DNA of 48,453 nucleotides, taken from a virus. Taxonomy: Duplodnaviria; Caudoviricetes. Where the stretch lies: positions 1 to 48,453 of the IMG/VR virus record IMGVR_UViG_3300028588_000033, one strand, 5' to 3'. A program made the translations under genes and the position numbers. Shown one piece after another: positions 36,355 to 45,725 of this stretch. How positions within the stretch are numbered: position 1 is the first letter of the stretch; every line of letters begins with the position of its first letter. The notes under the pieces are model-generated. The model was not told the DNA's origin and did no database searches. It saw nothing but the letters and a program-made list of their open reading frames with translations.

Positions 36355-36951
36355 ATGGAAGAAACATACACTAACCGTACCGTCGAAACCGATTGGGTCA
36401 AGACCAAAGTCAATCGGACAATCACCGGTCAAGATGGCTGGACGGCTCTGGCTCCGGAAGAACTCGCCCCACTCATGCAGGTGGGCGACGAGTACACTAT
36501 TGAGACTCGAGGTAACTACGTCTCCGGTTGGCTCTTTAAGGGCACATGGTACAACCATAAGAGTGATCAGGAGATCGAACGTCAGCACGAAGAGGTTGTT
36601 GCGGAAAATAAGCGTAAGAGTGCTGAATACGCTGATAGCCACCGAGCCGAATGGACTGAGCGGGAAAACAAGCTTCCTGAATGGGCCAAAAAGGTGTTGG
36701 CTAAGAATCGTGAGAAGGAAGACGACTTCGACAACCAGGCCATGGGATGGGGATACATCCTTATCGCTCTTGAGCTTGCAGCCCTCTATGTCGAGTTAGG
36801 TGAGGATATCAACCAGCCCGACTTTGAGGAGCCCGAGAACATCCGAGAGTTCCACCAGAAGAACGGCACTAGTGGATACCAGGCTGGATGGGCTAGGGGT
36901 ATTGCTCGTAGGCAGATCGCGGGGACCCTGGAGGCGGAGTTGAATGGATAA
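36355..36951 (+). CDS. Hypothetical protein
   Basis: Preceded by CTCTTGAAAGG. Confidence 0.75.
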   Translation: MEETYTNRTVETDWVKTKVNRTITGQDGWTALAPEELAPLMQVGDEYTIETRGNYVSGWLFKGTWYNHKSDQEIERQHEEVVAENKRKSAEYADSHRAEWTERENKLPEWAKKVLAKNREKEDDFDNQAMGWGYILIALELAALYVELGEDINQPDFEEPENIREFHQKNGTSGYQAGWARGIARRQIAGTLEAELNG

Positions 36952-37213
36952 GTTCCTCGAGCTGGCTAAGCTCACTAAGGCGTCATATATTCTTGGCTGT
37001 AACGAACCGCGTGGGTTTTATGAGGACCCCAAGGAATACTATACCGGCAAGGAGCATGGTATATATCCCGATCAGGTTGGCGAGATCGACTGGTCTCTTG
37101 ACATCTACGAGATCCAGGTATATCCTAAGACTCCGGTCGGTTTTATCAAGGCTATCTCAAACGATCTGGATGCCCTTCTCGATTGGGCTATTGAGGGAGC
37201 GAAGAATTACTAA
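36944..37213 (+). CDS. Hypothetical protein
   Basis: GGAG RBS; IYEIQVYPKTPVGF. Confidence 0.7.
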   Translation: MDKFLELAKLTKASYILGCNEPRGFYEDPKEYYTGKEHGIYPDQVGEIDWSLDIYEIQVYPKTPVGFIKAISNDLDALLDWAIEGAKNY

Positions 37214-37232
37214 AGAATAGGATTCCAGTATA

Positions 37233-37661
37233 TTGGTGAACTTGAAAAAGTGCAGTCGGTGTGGTATTGAAAAACCTGAAACCGAGTTCTCTCTCCGGAT
37301 GAGTACTAAGAACGGCCTCATGCCACGAACGTTCTGCATGACCTGCGAAGGTGGTAAGTTCGCCGATAGTGAAGAATCCAAAGCTTACCAAAAGCAATGG
37401 AAGATGATGGATCGCTATGGCGTCACACCCGAACAGGTGCAAGCTATGGGCGAGGCTCAAGAGTGGGTGTGTCCTATATCCGGCACAGACATCCGCGAGA
37501 AGTATTACATCGACCACGACCACGCTACCGGTAAGGTTCGTCAGCTGCTTTGTTTTCACTGCAATGTCGGTCTTGGTCACTTCAAGGATTCGACTGAATT
37601 GATGACTAAGGCAATCACATATCTAGAGCAACATAGTGACAAGTCGTCTGAGCGACTCTAA
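37233..37661 (+). CDS. Endonuclease VII-like HNH nuclease
   Basis: CxxC..CxxC, RYGVT, IDHDHATGKVR.LLC..CN.GLG.FKD. Confidence 0.88.
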   Translation: MVNLKKCSRCGIEKPETEFSLRMSTKNGLMPRTFCMTCEGGKFADSEESKAYQKQWKMMDRYGVTPEQVQAMGEAQEWVCPISGTDIREKYYIDHDHATGKVRQLLCFHCNVGLGHFKDSTELMTKAITYLEQHSDKSSERL

Positions 37662-37674
37662 ACAGAATTTAGGC

Positions 37675-38205
37675 TCAGAGCGGGTGGGTACCAGTGGTTC
37701 TTTCACTCGGTAAGTAAATCAAGGGAGGACGAGAATCCCTGCCCACCGTATTGACCTGATTGGATCTTATTGCCATGCACCGGTTTAAATGGACCGGATA
37801 CAAAAGCCCCTGACAATCTGATTTTTCAAAGCAACGCCCTATGCACCTGTTGAAAGAGACAGGAGATATTAAAAAAAGCCCCTAGGAGTTGTACGCTTGG
37901 TAGATGCTTGGCATCCCGAGTTAAGGTCGCTTATATAGAAGTCGAGGACTGATAACCGTTGTCGTTGCTTGATCACCACTTCAACGTAGTCACTGGACAT
38001 ATTATGCTGATTAAATGATGAGATACCACGTGGGTCGCACGTGGTTTACTAAAGAAAGCGGCCAGCGAGCCGGGAGGTGAGGACGATGTAGTACGTAAGT
38101 AATAACTCAGAAACAATGGCAGGGGGCGGGCATCAGTCGACGGGTGTCCGCCCCTGTCTTTGTGAGTATCACAAGTGCTTTGAGTTTTTGCGTTTGTGGG
38201 CGTTT
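37675..38205 (+). ncRNA. Candidate large structured non-coding RNA(s)
   Basis: About 550 bp without a credible ORF; many helices including AACGCCC(37833)/GGGCGTT(38198). Confidence 0.5.
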
Positions 38206-38223
38206 TTCTTGAAAGGAGAAACA

Positions 38224-38625
38224 ATGGACATTTGGCATATAAATTGGGTGACCGTCTTATTCTTTGTGATTGTCGTTGCTATAGTATTAGCATTGATTGC
38301 CGAGAAGCGGGCAAAAGCTACACCAACGGTAGTGGATGAACCTGAGCTATTAGAACCCGAGGAACGTCATCAGGTTATTGACTATCGTAATCCAGGCTGG
38401 GGGCACTCGATAGCCAGTTGGCACAAAGTCAACGAGGGGGTATATACTGCGTTAGCTTTTCATCAAAGGGGCATCGACGTAAACGACCTTCTTCTGATTA
38501 AGACAGACGGTCCAACTGGTGCTGCATATTTCCGAGTGGTTCATTCCAAGCAACTTAGGGACCCCGATGATATGTACGAACTTAGGTTAATTGGACACGC
38601 GAGGTGGCAGCCTGATGGCCGGTAG
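38224..38625 (+). CDS. Membrane-anchored hypothetical protein
   Basis: CTTGAAAGGAGA RBS; N-terminal TM. Confidence 0.7.
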   Translation: MDIWHINWVTVLFFVIVVAIVLALIAEKRAKATPTVVDEPELLEPEERHQVIDYRNPGWGHSIASWHKVNEGVYTALAFHQRGIDVNDLLLIKTDGPTGAAYFRVVHSKQLRDPDDMYELRLIGHARWQPDGR

Positions 38626-38807
38626 TTATAGCTACGCACCGAGACGTATGGGGAAAAACCGGCTGCTAGCTGAGAGTATAGCTCACGCGAAAGACCAGGG
38701 GCTATCTGTACGCGTAGTTAGTAAGCAAGACCGCCCAAAGGTCTTGACTGGGGTACCACAACAATGGGCATCAGACTATGCTGCCCTACTATTTAAGGAG
38801 TACGAAA

Positions 38808-39167
38808 ATGGCACGATCACGTAAGGGTTTTAAGAAGTTCAACCGCAACCTCTTTGTTGAGGGAACGCAGCTCAACGTTGACAACCTTGTTGACGTGGCA
38901 ATCACGGTAGGTGGTGTCGTCTGTAACGATGGAGCCCCGATCACCGACGACCAGGCTGGTGCGATCTACAACATGGACGCCGATCTGGTTACTCTGGCAG
39001 TCCCGACTCTCGATGGAGTCAAGCACGCGCACCTTAGCGACTACGTCTTCTACGAGAACAACCGACTGGCGGTCCTTGACGAGGACGAGTTCGAGACCCT
39101 GTATATTGTCGGCAACGACAAGAAGACCCGCGAGGCAGCCGCTGCGGATAACGAGGAGAACGCATGA
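38808..39167 (+). CDS. Dispersed paralogue family member 10
   Basis: VEGTQL..VAITVGG..LSDYVF..EFETLY. Confidence 0.7.
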   Translation: MARSRKGFKKFNRNLFVEGTQLNVDNLVDVAITVGGVVCNDGAPITDDQAGAIYNMDADLVTLAVPTLDGVKHAHLSDYVFYENNRLAVLDEDEFETLYIVGNDKKTREAAAADNEENA

Positions 39168-39484
39168 CTAACACAGACACCCCCAAGTACTACATCAGTT
39201 CAGAGAAGGTCACGGTAGAGGCCGTCCAGCTTCGAGCAAGCGAGCCTGGTGACCCGGTATCCTTTGATCACAAGCCTCAGTGGCTGATCGACATGGTGGA
39301 GAGCCGTCAGATCCGATCGATCCTTGGCGACAAGATCGACGGTAGCGACTGGGTATATCTCTGGCTCGAGACCGGTACTGGTATTGCGCTGGTCACGACT
39401 GACGACTATATTGTCCGATTCGACGAAAACACCGTGGGTACCATCAGTCGAGCGCTGTTCTACAAGGTGTTTGAGCCGATCTAA
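39164..39484 (+). CDS. Dispersed paralogue family member 11
   Basis: VTVEAVQL..PQWL..DDYIVR..LFYKVFE. Confidence 0.75.
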   Translation: MTNTDTPKYYISSEKVTVEAVQLRASEPGDPVSFDHKPQWLIDMVESRQIRSILGDKIDGSDWVYLWLETGTGIALVTTDDYIVRFDENTVGTISRALFYKVFEPI

Positions 39485-39759
39485 TGGCTGGACTCATTGC
39501 AGAAGACGACCCGTCTTGGATGAAACAGACTCGAGATGGAGCGCTTATTCTGATGTGCGTCAAGTGCATCAAAGATGGGGTTCCTACGGTATATCCGGCA
39601 GTCACCATTCAGAACGGTAACGCTGTCTGCCAGTTCGACATTGAAACTGAACCGGTGTATCAGTGCAGTGTCCCCGGTCACCCTGAGGGTCGAGTCAGTG
39701 ATGATGGCAAGACCTTTTACTGCGGTGGATGTGAGACGACGCATGACATACATGTCTAG
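39484..39759 (+). CDS. Small Cys-rich (Zn-binding) protein
   Basis: CVKC, C..PGH, CGGC..H. Confidence 0.65.
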   Translation: MAGLIAEDDPSWMKQTRDGALILMCVKCIKDGVPTVYPAVTIQNGNAVCQFDIETEPVYQCSVPGHPEGRVSDDGKTFYCGGCETTHDIHV

Positions 39760-39913
39760 TGAAGCAGAAGTTGGCACTTGTGCTGCTTGCGGGCAGGAAT
39801 TAATCAAGACGGCAGATGCTATGTGGCACCCCTGGAATGTTATTTACCCGTGTCCTGCAAGTATTTATGGTCGACCGCCTAGAGATCACTTTGTACCAAA
39901 AGGAGAAGAATTG

Positions 39914-40654
39914 ATGACAGAAGAAACAACCCAGCTTGAGTTCTCAAGTGATATTACAGTAAAGCTTGTTCGTGCCATGGCTGCGGATGAGTTTGTGGTG
40001 CAGGCAGCTCAGGTCAGCTCGAAGGGTGAGACGGAGGTCGAAGAACTCGTCGCGGCATATCTTGCTGGCGAGATCAAGGTAGATCGCTTCATCGCGGCGC
40101 TGATGGCGGGTCGTCACGGATCCCCATTCGAGCATAACGCGTTTACCTTCTTCATCGAGGCCCCACTGTTCGTCTTCCGTGAGTGGCAGCGTCACCGCAT
40201 TTCCTCATACAACGAGATGTCCGGTCGCTACACCAAGATGCAGCCTAAGTTCTATATTACGCCTCGTGACCGTGCGATGATCAATGTCGGAACGAAGATG
40301 CGACCCGAAATGATTCCGGCATCCGAAGAGGTCTATGCGCGGCATGTGGCTCGTAAGAAGAATACGGCAGAGATTGCTTGGGCAAGTTACCAGGCTGATT
40401 TGGCAGACGGTATTGCCAACGAAGTTGCTCGCGAAGATCTTCCGCTGAATCTATATTCGCAGATGTACTGGACAACCAACGCTCGATCCATGATGAACTT
40501 CCTGAGCCTTCGGGTTGAGAGCGACGACAGCCTCGTGCGGTCATATCCTCAGCGCGAGATCATGTGGGGTGCTCAGAAGGTCGAGGAACACTTTAAGAAG
40601 CTCATGCCCCTGACTCAGCAGGCGTTTGTCGAAAAGGGACGAGTTGCTCCGTGA
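39914..40654 (+). CDS. thyX: Flavin-dependent thymidylate synthase
   Basis: HGSPFEH, REWQRHRISSYNEMSGRY, EVAR..LP, NFLSLR; AAAGGAG RBS before 39914 (alternative start 39752). Confidence 0.95.
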   Translation: MTEETTQLEFSSDITVKLVRAMAADEFVVQAAQVSSKGETEVEELVAAYLAGEIKVDRFIAALMAGRHGSPFEHNAFTFFIEAPLFVFREWQRHRISSYNEMSGRYTKMQPKFYITPRDRAMINVGTKMRPEMIPASEEVYARHVARKKNTAEIAWASYQADLADGIANEVAREDLPLNLYSQMYWTTNARSMMNFLSLRVESDDSLVRSYPQREIMWGAQKVEEHFKKLMPLTQQAFVEKGRVAP

Positions 40655-40941
40655 GTGAAGAAACGCCAAACGAAACAGAGGAGAACGTTTCGGTCTCGAC
40701 TTTTGATCGAGATGGTTACCTTGTTGCCAATCATCCGGTATTTATGAGACTCCATCAGGATGAGGGTAGTGGTTGGTACACATTCACCGAACGTCTTGGA
40801 CTTGGTGGTATATTCCGTCTCACTTCGCGCGGCGTGATTCCTTTCAATCCGCCGCAGGATCGTCGAGCAACCAAGATGCACGATGAGTACGATATTCTTC
40901 GTGCGATTGACGACGGTCGTATTAGGAAGGTTTCTTCGTGA
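40651..40941 (+). CDS. Hypothetical protein
   Basis: GTGA overlap with thyX. Confidence 0.6.
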   Translation: MSEETPNETEENVSVSTFDRDGYLVANHPVFMRLHQDEGSGWYTFTERLGLGGIFRLTSRGVIPFNPPQDRRATKMHDEYDILRAIDDGRIRKVSS

Positions 40942-41122
40942 GAATCTATTACTCGGTACATCGAAGCGGTCTGTGGTCTATCGTTTACAAGGACCCGGAC
41001 AGGGAGAACCTCATCAGTTACATAGATGAGAAGGCTAACCTCAGTCAGGCCACAGCAACAGAAATTGTCAGAGCGCTGAATTCGGTTCAGCAAGGGTTGG
41101 CGGAGATTGGGGAACGTTCCTG

Positions 41123-41416
41123 ATGGTCGATTACGAAGAGCGACCCCTAATGGCTCCCAAAACTGAATCACCGACGCATCACCCCAACCCTGAGTATGCT
41201 AAGGTTACGATTATTGTGGAGACCTCGGAAGGTATTCAAACAATGATTGTTCCTGAAGCGGAGTGGCCCATCCTAGAACTCAAAACAAAAGAACCAGTTT
41301 GGGTGGGTCCTCGCAGATTCGGTAGACCTGAGATCGATAGAATCATTGTTTCGTTGCGTCCAGTCCCAAACAAAGATGGTCTTTTTTACACCCTAGAATA
41401 CAAGGAGAAAGAATGA
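41123..41416 (+). CDS. Hypothetical protein
   Basis: ORF track, operon context. Confidence 0.6.
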   Translation: MVDYEERPLMAPKTESPTHHPNPEYAKVTIIVETSEGIQTMIVPEAEWPILELKTKEPVWVGPRRFGRPEIDRIIVSLRPVPNKDGLFYTLEYKEKE

Positions 41417-41796
41417 ACGGCGAAGTCCTCGGTGATATTGTTGAGGTGCAGATCAAGAGATCGACAGATCTGCTTGCTAAGAAGAACGGTAACTACAACG
41501 CTGGAGAAGATAAGCTTCGTCTTTTCGGTATTGCTGCCGACCTTCAATCAGAGACCCGTGCACAGGCTCTTGCTGGTTTTATGAGCAAACACACTATTTC
41601 TCTGTATGACATGATTCACTCCGGTGCGTCTTATACCGAGGAAGAGTGGAACGAAAAGATCACGGACCACATCAACTACCTGCTGCTCTTGCGGGCTATT
41701 GTCGAGGAAGATCATATTTCAGATCAGAAGTCTCCTGGAGAAGACTCTCCGGAGTGGGTCGACAACAGCGTAGCTCTGCTGCCGGTTGAACCCTAA
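41413..41796 (+). CDS. All-alpha nucleotide pyrophosphatase-like protein (DUF1599/Nmad1-like)
   Basis: LL.KKN..Y..D.L..F and EKITDHINYLLLL. Confidence 0.55.
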   Translation: MNGEVLGDIVEVQIKRSTDLLAKKNGNYNAGEDKLRLFGIAADLQSETRAQALAGFMSKHTISLYDMIHSGASYTEEEWNEKITDHINYLLLLRAIVEEDHISDQKSPGEDSPEWVDNSVALLPVEP

Positions 41797-41802
41797 GCTA
41801 AA

Positions 41803-42300
41803 ATGGACCTCAAACACTACCCTCACGTTCTTAGCATGTCATACGACCCTAACCGGACGTATTTACAGCGAGAATACCCGGGTACCTTCACTAAGCCGGT
41901 TGGGTTTTGGGTAAGCGTCAAGGGGGAGGGTGACTGGATTGATTATCTGGACACCGTAGACTACCATGATGACGTTCACTATGAACACTCGGTTAGTCTT
42001 ACAAAGGATGCGGATATTCTCTATCTGAATGACTATCAGGACATGGTAGCCTTTCAGGAGATTTTTGGGGTAGTGAAAGATACACACTATGGTTATCAAG
42101 ACCTTCGCATAGATTGGCTACTGGTCACTCAGCATTATGCGGGTATAATCATCCCGACCTTTGATGGTCAGGCGAGGCGCGATCTTGATTGGTACTTCAA
42201 TTGGGATTGCGCCTCGGGTTGTATCTGGGATTTATCCGCCATATCCTCTGTAAAACCCTCTGGTATGAAAGCGATCAATGACTATACACGTGTGGCATGA
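41803..42300 (+). CDS. Hypothetical protein
   Basis: KPVGFWVS, IDW..V...YAGI, WDCASGCIWD. Confidence 0.7.
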   Translation: MDLKHYPHVLSMSYDPNRTYLQREYPGTFTKPVGFWVSVKGEGDWIDYLDTVDYHDDVHYEHSVSLTKDADILYLNDYQDMVAFQEIFGVVKDTHYGYQDLRIDWLLVTQHYAGIIIPTFDGQARRDLDWYFNWDCASGCIWDLSAISSVKPSGMKAINDYTRVA

Positions 42301-42392
42301 CGAGATGGCACGGTTTGAAAAGACCGGAAGACTTGATCAGGGGCCTTGTTGGTGTGATGTGTGTATTACTGAGGAGCTAAAGGATAAGGAAG

Positions 42393-42632
42393 ATGAGCGA
42401 AACGATCGATAACGGTAAGCTGCATAGCGTGAGTCTTAGCGAACACGGCATGGGCCATATCCATGTAGCTAAACTAACGCCATACTGTGAAAGCTGTGGG
42501 GTCGCCTTCACAGTAGACGATAAATTAGTAGCTTACCAAACCGTTGCTTTTTTCTCGGATAACAATGTCGCATTCAAACCCGGAACTAAGTATGTGCATT
42601 TACATTGCGTAACAAACAAGGAGAAGAACTAG
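42393..42632 (+). CDS. Small CxxC..HxxC protein
   Basis: CESC..HLHC; AGGA RBS. Confidence 0.6.
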   Translation: MSETIDNGKLHSVSLSEHGMGHIHVAKLTPYCESCGVAFTVDDKLVAYQTVAFFSDNNVAFKPGTKYVHLHCVTNKEKN

Positions 42633-42908
42633 ATGGCAAAACGTCAATTAGAGAATTCCGAGCCAGAGAACAAAGCACGTATCTTAGTTGAGGAAGATGG
42701 CCACGTCTATGGTAGCTGGCCGGTGCTGCTATATCGCGACCTCGAAGTAATGATCGGAACTCGTATGGGTCGATACGGGGGCGTAAGTGTGGATATCTAT
42801 GAGGGTAAGCGCTTCGTTGAGGAACCTGATATTTGGTGGAACAACCGCAATTGGCACATTGTGGAACCCGCTATCCCAATCATTTTTAACAAGAAGGAGA
42901 AGAACTAG
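42633..42908 (+). CDS. Hypothetical protein flanked by 19-bp direct repeats
   Basis: AAGGAGAAGAACTAGATGG at 42618 and 42894. Confidence 0.65.
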   Translation: MAKRQLENSEPENKARILVEEDGHVYGSWPVLLYRDLEVMIGTRMGRYGGVSVDIYEGKRFVEEPDIWWNNRNWHIVEPAIPIIFNKKEKN

Positions 42909-43709
42909 ATGGAAAAGATGCAGAAGGCTGTACACACCTTTCACCAGACATATGGTGTTGAGACACCGACGTCACCGCGGCCGATTCCCGAACACCTGAA
43001 ACAGCTTCGAATCAAGCTTATCGAAGAGGAGCTGGAAGAGTTCCGTGTCGCAATTGCGAATGACGACATGGTCGAGCAGTATGATGCTCTGATCGATATT
43101 CTCTACGTGACCCATGGCGCAATTGACCTCATGGCTCTGGATGCTGAGCCAGGCTTTGATGAGGTTCAGCTCAGCAACATGAGCAAGCTCGGATTGGACG
43201 GTCTCCCAATCATTTCTCGTGGGGAGGAGCTTGACGGTTTCCCTGTCGGTAAGGTCCTCAAGGGTCCGAACTACTTCAAGCCGGATCTGAAGCGTGTCAT
43301 CGCAGAGCAGGTAAATGACGCAAACCGTCGGGCATATTTCGACTCGATCCGCAACGGTGTCGCTCAGGTCATGAACCAGCACAAGTACCCGCACGAACTG
43401 CAGCAGGTCCCGTTCGACTACATCATGAACAACTGGCGTCCTGGATCTCACGATTGGGACTGGGAAGACGAGCGCCTTGACCTCCTCACCAGGGACTGGG
43501 TGCGGACTGGTAAGCTGCGCGACACCATTCGTGAGCGAGGATTTGGATTCGCTGACGCAACCTCACCAATCAAGCTCGGAAACGACGGACGTATCTGGAA
43601 CGGGCACCACCGCCTTATTCTAGGCCTTGAGTTCCGGCCTGACACGCTTTGGGTAGATGTGGTGGGGCCCGACGAAACCGAGCACGACAACAACGATTCA
43701 GGAGAGTAA
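42909..43709 (+). CDS. MazG/HisE-like NTP pyrophosphohydrolase fused to ParB-like domain
   Basis: LIEEELEE, DALIDILYV, EVQ.SNMSK, GKVLKGPNYFKPD; C-terminal PI..G.IWNGHHRL. Confidence 0.8.
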   Translation: MEKMQKAVHTFHQTYGVETPTSPRPIPEHLKQLRIKLIEEELEEFRVAIANDDMVEQYDALIDILYVTHGAIDLMALDAEPGFDEVQLSNMSKLGLDGLPIISRGEELDGFPVGKVLKGPNYFKPDLKRVIAEQVNDANRRAYFDSIRNGVAQVMNQHKYPHELQQVPFDYIMNNWRPGSHDWDWEDERLDLLTRDWVRTGKLRDTIRERGFGFADATSPIKLGNDGRIWNGHHRLILGLEFRPDTLWVDVVGPDETEHDNNDSGE

Positions 43710-43826
43710 TAATGGAATGGTCAATTTTCTGGTTGTCCCTTTTCCAGATCAACGTGGCGCTGGCGCTATCATCGTTCCCGGTCTATTTCTTCGTCCGGGC
43801 TATTCGCCTGGGTTGGAGTGGTGGCA

Positions 43827-44186
43827 ATGGGTAGAATGATTGTCAAGCCCAATCGAGAGAAGAACTTGTATGTGCTGTGGTCTAGCATTACAGACACTCC
43901 TCTGATGTGGGGTAAGCGTCGTCATTTCTTGAAGTGGGCTAAGGACCCTGCGAACTGGGATGTGCTGTCGCCAGACCAGATTGAAGCCATGCTGGATAGA
44001 GCTGATGCGACCTCTTCTAGTTCCCGGATATTCCCGGAAAGCTGGGACGAAGACTTCTCTATCATCTATGCTGGCTACGGCTATATCATGAACAGTGAGC
44101 AGGAGAAGCTGCTTGAGGTGCTAGAGCTTAAGGACGTTGATACTGACGACCCGAGGGCGCTGGCACTTCTTCACCCATTTGAGTAA
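43827..44186 (+). CDS. Hypothetical protein
   Basis: LYVLWSSITDTP..LDRADAT.SSS. Confidence 0.65.
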   Translation: MGRMIVKPNREKNLYVLWSSITDTPLMWGKRRHFLKWAKDPANWDVLSPDQIEAMLDRADATSSSSRIFPESWDEDFSIIYAGYGYIMNSEQEKLLEVLELKDVDTDDPRALALLHPFE

Positions 44187-44200
44187 AGGAGAAATCGACA

Positions 44201-44455
44201 ATGATTAGACAATTCCCACCCGACGGCGAAATTCACGATCTTATTGTGATCCTACCCGAAGGAACTAGTGGACATTACCGCATCAACGAAGAGATGCTCG
44301 AGGAGTCCGGAGGTACTTTAGACCCTCTGGCTGAGGCACTTGACGCTCGAGCGCAGGCTATGGGTAAGGTGTGGGATATGGACGTTGACGTGAAAGAGTC
44401 CATCAAAACCGGAGAACTCATTGCGGATTGGCGGATCTTTGACAGCCGAAGGTGA
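44201..44455 (+). CDS. Hypothetical protein
   Basis: AAAGGAG RBS. Confidence 0.65.
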   Translation: MIRQFPPDGEIHDLIVILPEGTSGHYRINEEMLEESGGTLDPLAEALDARAQAMGKVWDMDVDVKESIKTGELIADWRIFDSRR

Positions 44456-44879
44456 CACACCATTTCCTGACGATGTAGAAGTACTAGTGAACGAACCAAC
44501 AGCACCTTACGGCTTTACGTTCGACAACATCGGTAAGCCCGTTTTAGTCCAGACATACACCAAAGACGAAAACGGTATTGATCGCTCGAGCCGAATCTCC
44601 CACGCGGGTATTTTGACAGGTTGGCAGATCAATAAAGAGCGCGCGGTATACAAACTCGAGGGCTTCCCCGTAGTAAACTGCTCTCGAGAAAACGTATATA
44701 TCGAGATCTACACAATAAACCCCGAAGAGCCTGAAGCTCAGAAAGAAGAGGATGAGGATGGAAGACGAGGAGAGGCGAGTCCAAGTGAACCGCCTGTGGT
44801 GCCACAAGCCACATCCAAAAAAGTCTGGGGTCGTCTGCGATCTTTACTTGGACCACAAGAGCGAAGAGCACAAGAGTAA
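44421..44879 (+). CDS. Hypothetical protein
   Basis: ORF track; start uncertain. Confidence 0.55.
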   Translation: MRIGGSLTAEGDTPFPDDVEVLVNEPTAPYGFTFDNIGKPVLVQTYTKDENGIDRSSRISHAGILTGWQINKERAVYKLEGFPVVNCSRENVYIEIYTINPEEPEAQKEEDEDGRRGEASPSEPPVVPQATSKKVWGRLRSLLGPQERRAQE

Positions 44880-45102
44880 GCATCTTCAGGAGTCCTGGAA
44901 GGATGACCCGTCGCCTAGCGATATTCTGGGAGAGGGTGCGTCAGGCACGTACCACTTCTCACAGGTAGACGTCACTCAAGAAGACGCTGATATCTTTAGG
45001 CGTGCTCTAGCTGCAAGAGCTAAAGAACTCGGATCGGACAAGTTCGAGTATGAGATGGATTTTAATCACCGTAATGAAATTAGATGGAGAGTCGTAGTAT
45101 GA
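44752..45102 (+). CDS. Hypothetical protein with C..C.L..H..H motif
   Basis: GAGG RBS; C..PHP..VVCDL..DH..EH. Confidence 0.55.
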   Translation: MRMEDEERRVQVNRLWCHKPHPKKSGVVCDLYLDHKSEEHKSKHLQESWKDDPSPSDILGEGASGTYHFSQVDVTQEDADIFRRALAARAKELGSDKFEYEMDFNHRNEIRWRVVV

Positions 45103-45560
45103 CAATCAACACCGACCAGATGCAGCAGGCCACCCTTCCTGAGGGTCTTACTGGATCGTATCTCATCATCTCTCAGGTGCAAAACCAGCAGGACGTGCTG
45201 AACCAGGTGGAGAAGATCCTCCGACAGCGCGCCAGAGAGCACCGCACGAGTCTGGACTTCACGACGACTCGGATCCGCAAGGATATCCTCGTGACTTGGC
45301 GCCCCATCAAGGAAGCTGAGAACTCGACCGAACTGGATATTCCGAGTGGCCCCTAACGACCTAATCCAGATGCTACCTGTTTCTAGAATAGGCCAGGTAG
45401 CTATCAAACGAAATTCTAGAGATGGATTCAGAAACCTAAGTGTGGACGAGTTCATCAAGAAAAACGTGGTGCACATGGAGCGCCGATTAGGTATGAAATT
45501 AGAGGTTGTGTTGATTCAAAGTGATGAAGGTGTTTTGATTGGTTGGGGTCCGTCTAACTG

Positions 45561-45725
45561 ATGCCTCCCAAACCGAGACACGTAAAGATAGTTGAAAAGA
45601 ACCTAACGTTCGAGTCAGCTCGAACCGCAGCGAGACATATTGGGGGCGACTATAGTACTGTATTCAAGTGTCTAAGGGACGAACGTCACAGCCATAAGGG
45701 GTTCACATTTGAATACGTTGATTAA
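45561..45725 (+). CDS. NUMOD1-like HTH protein (54 aa)
   Basis: TFESA..AARHIG..STV.KCL..HKGFTFEY. Confidence 0.65.
   Translation: MPPKPRHVKIVEKNLTFESARTAARHIGGDYSTVFKCLRDERHSHKGFTFEYVD

Noticed and set aside
37662-38210. Group I intron, RNase P or tmRNA
   Set aside because: No interrupted gene, no convincing P7/catalytic core, RNase P signature or tRNA-like ends found by eye.
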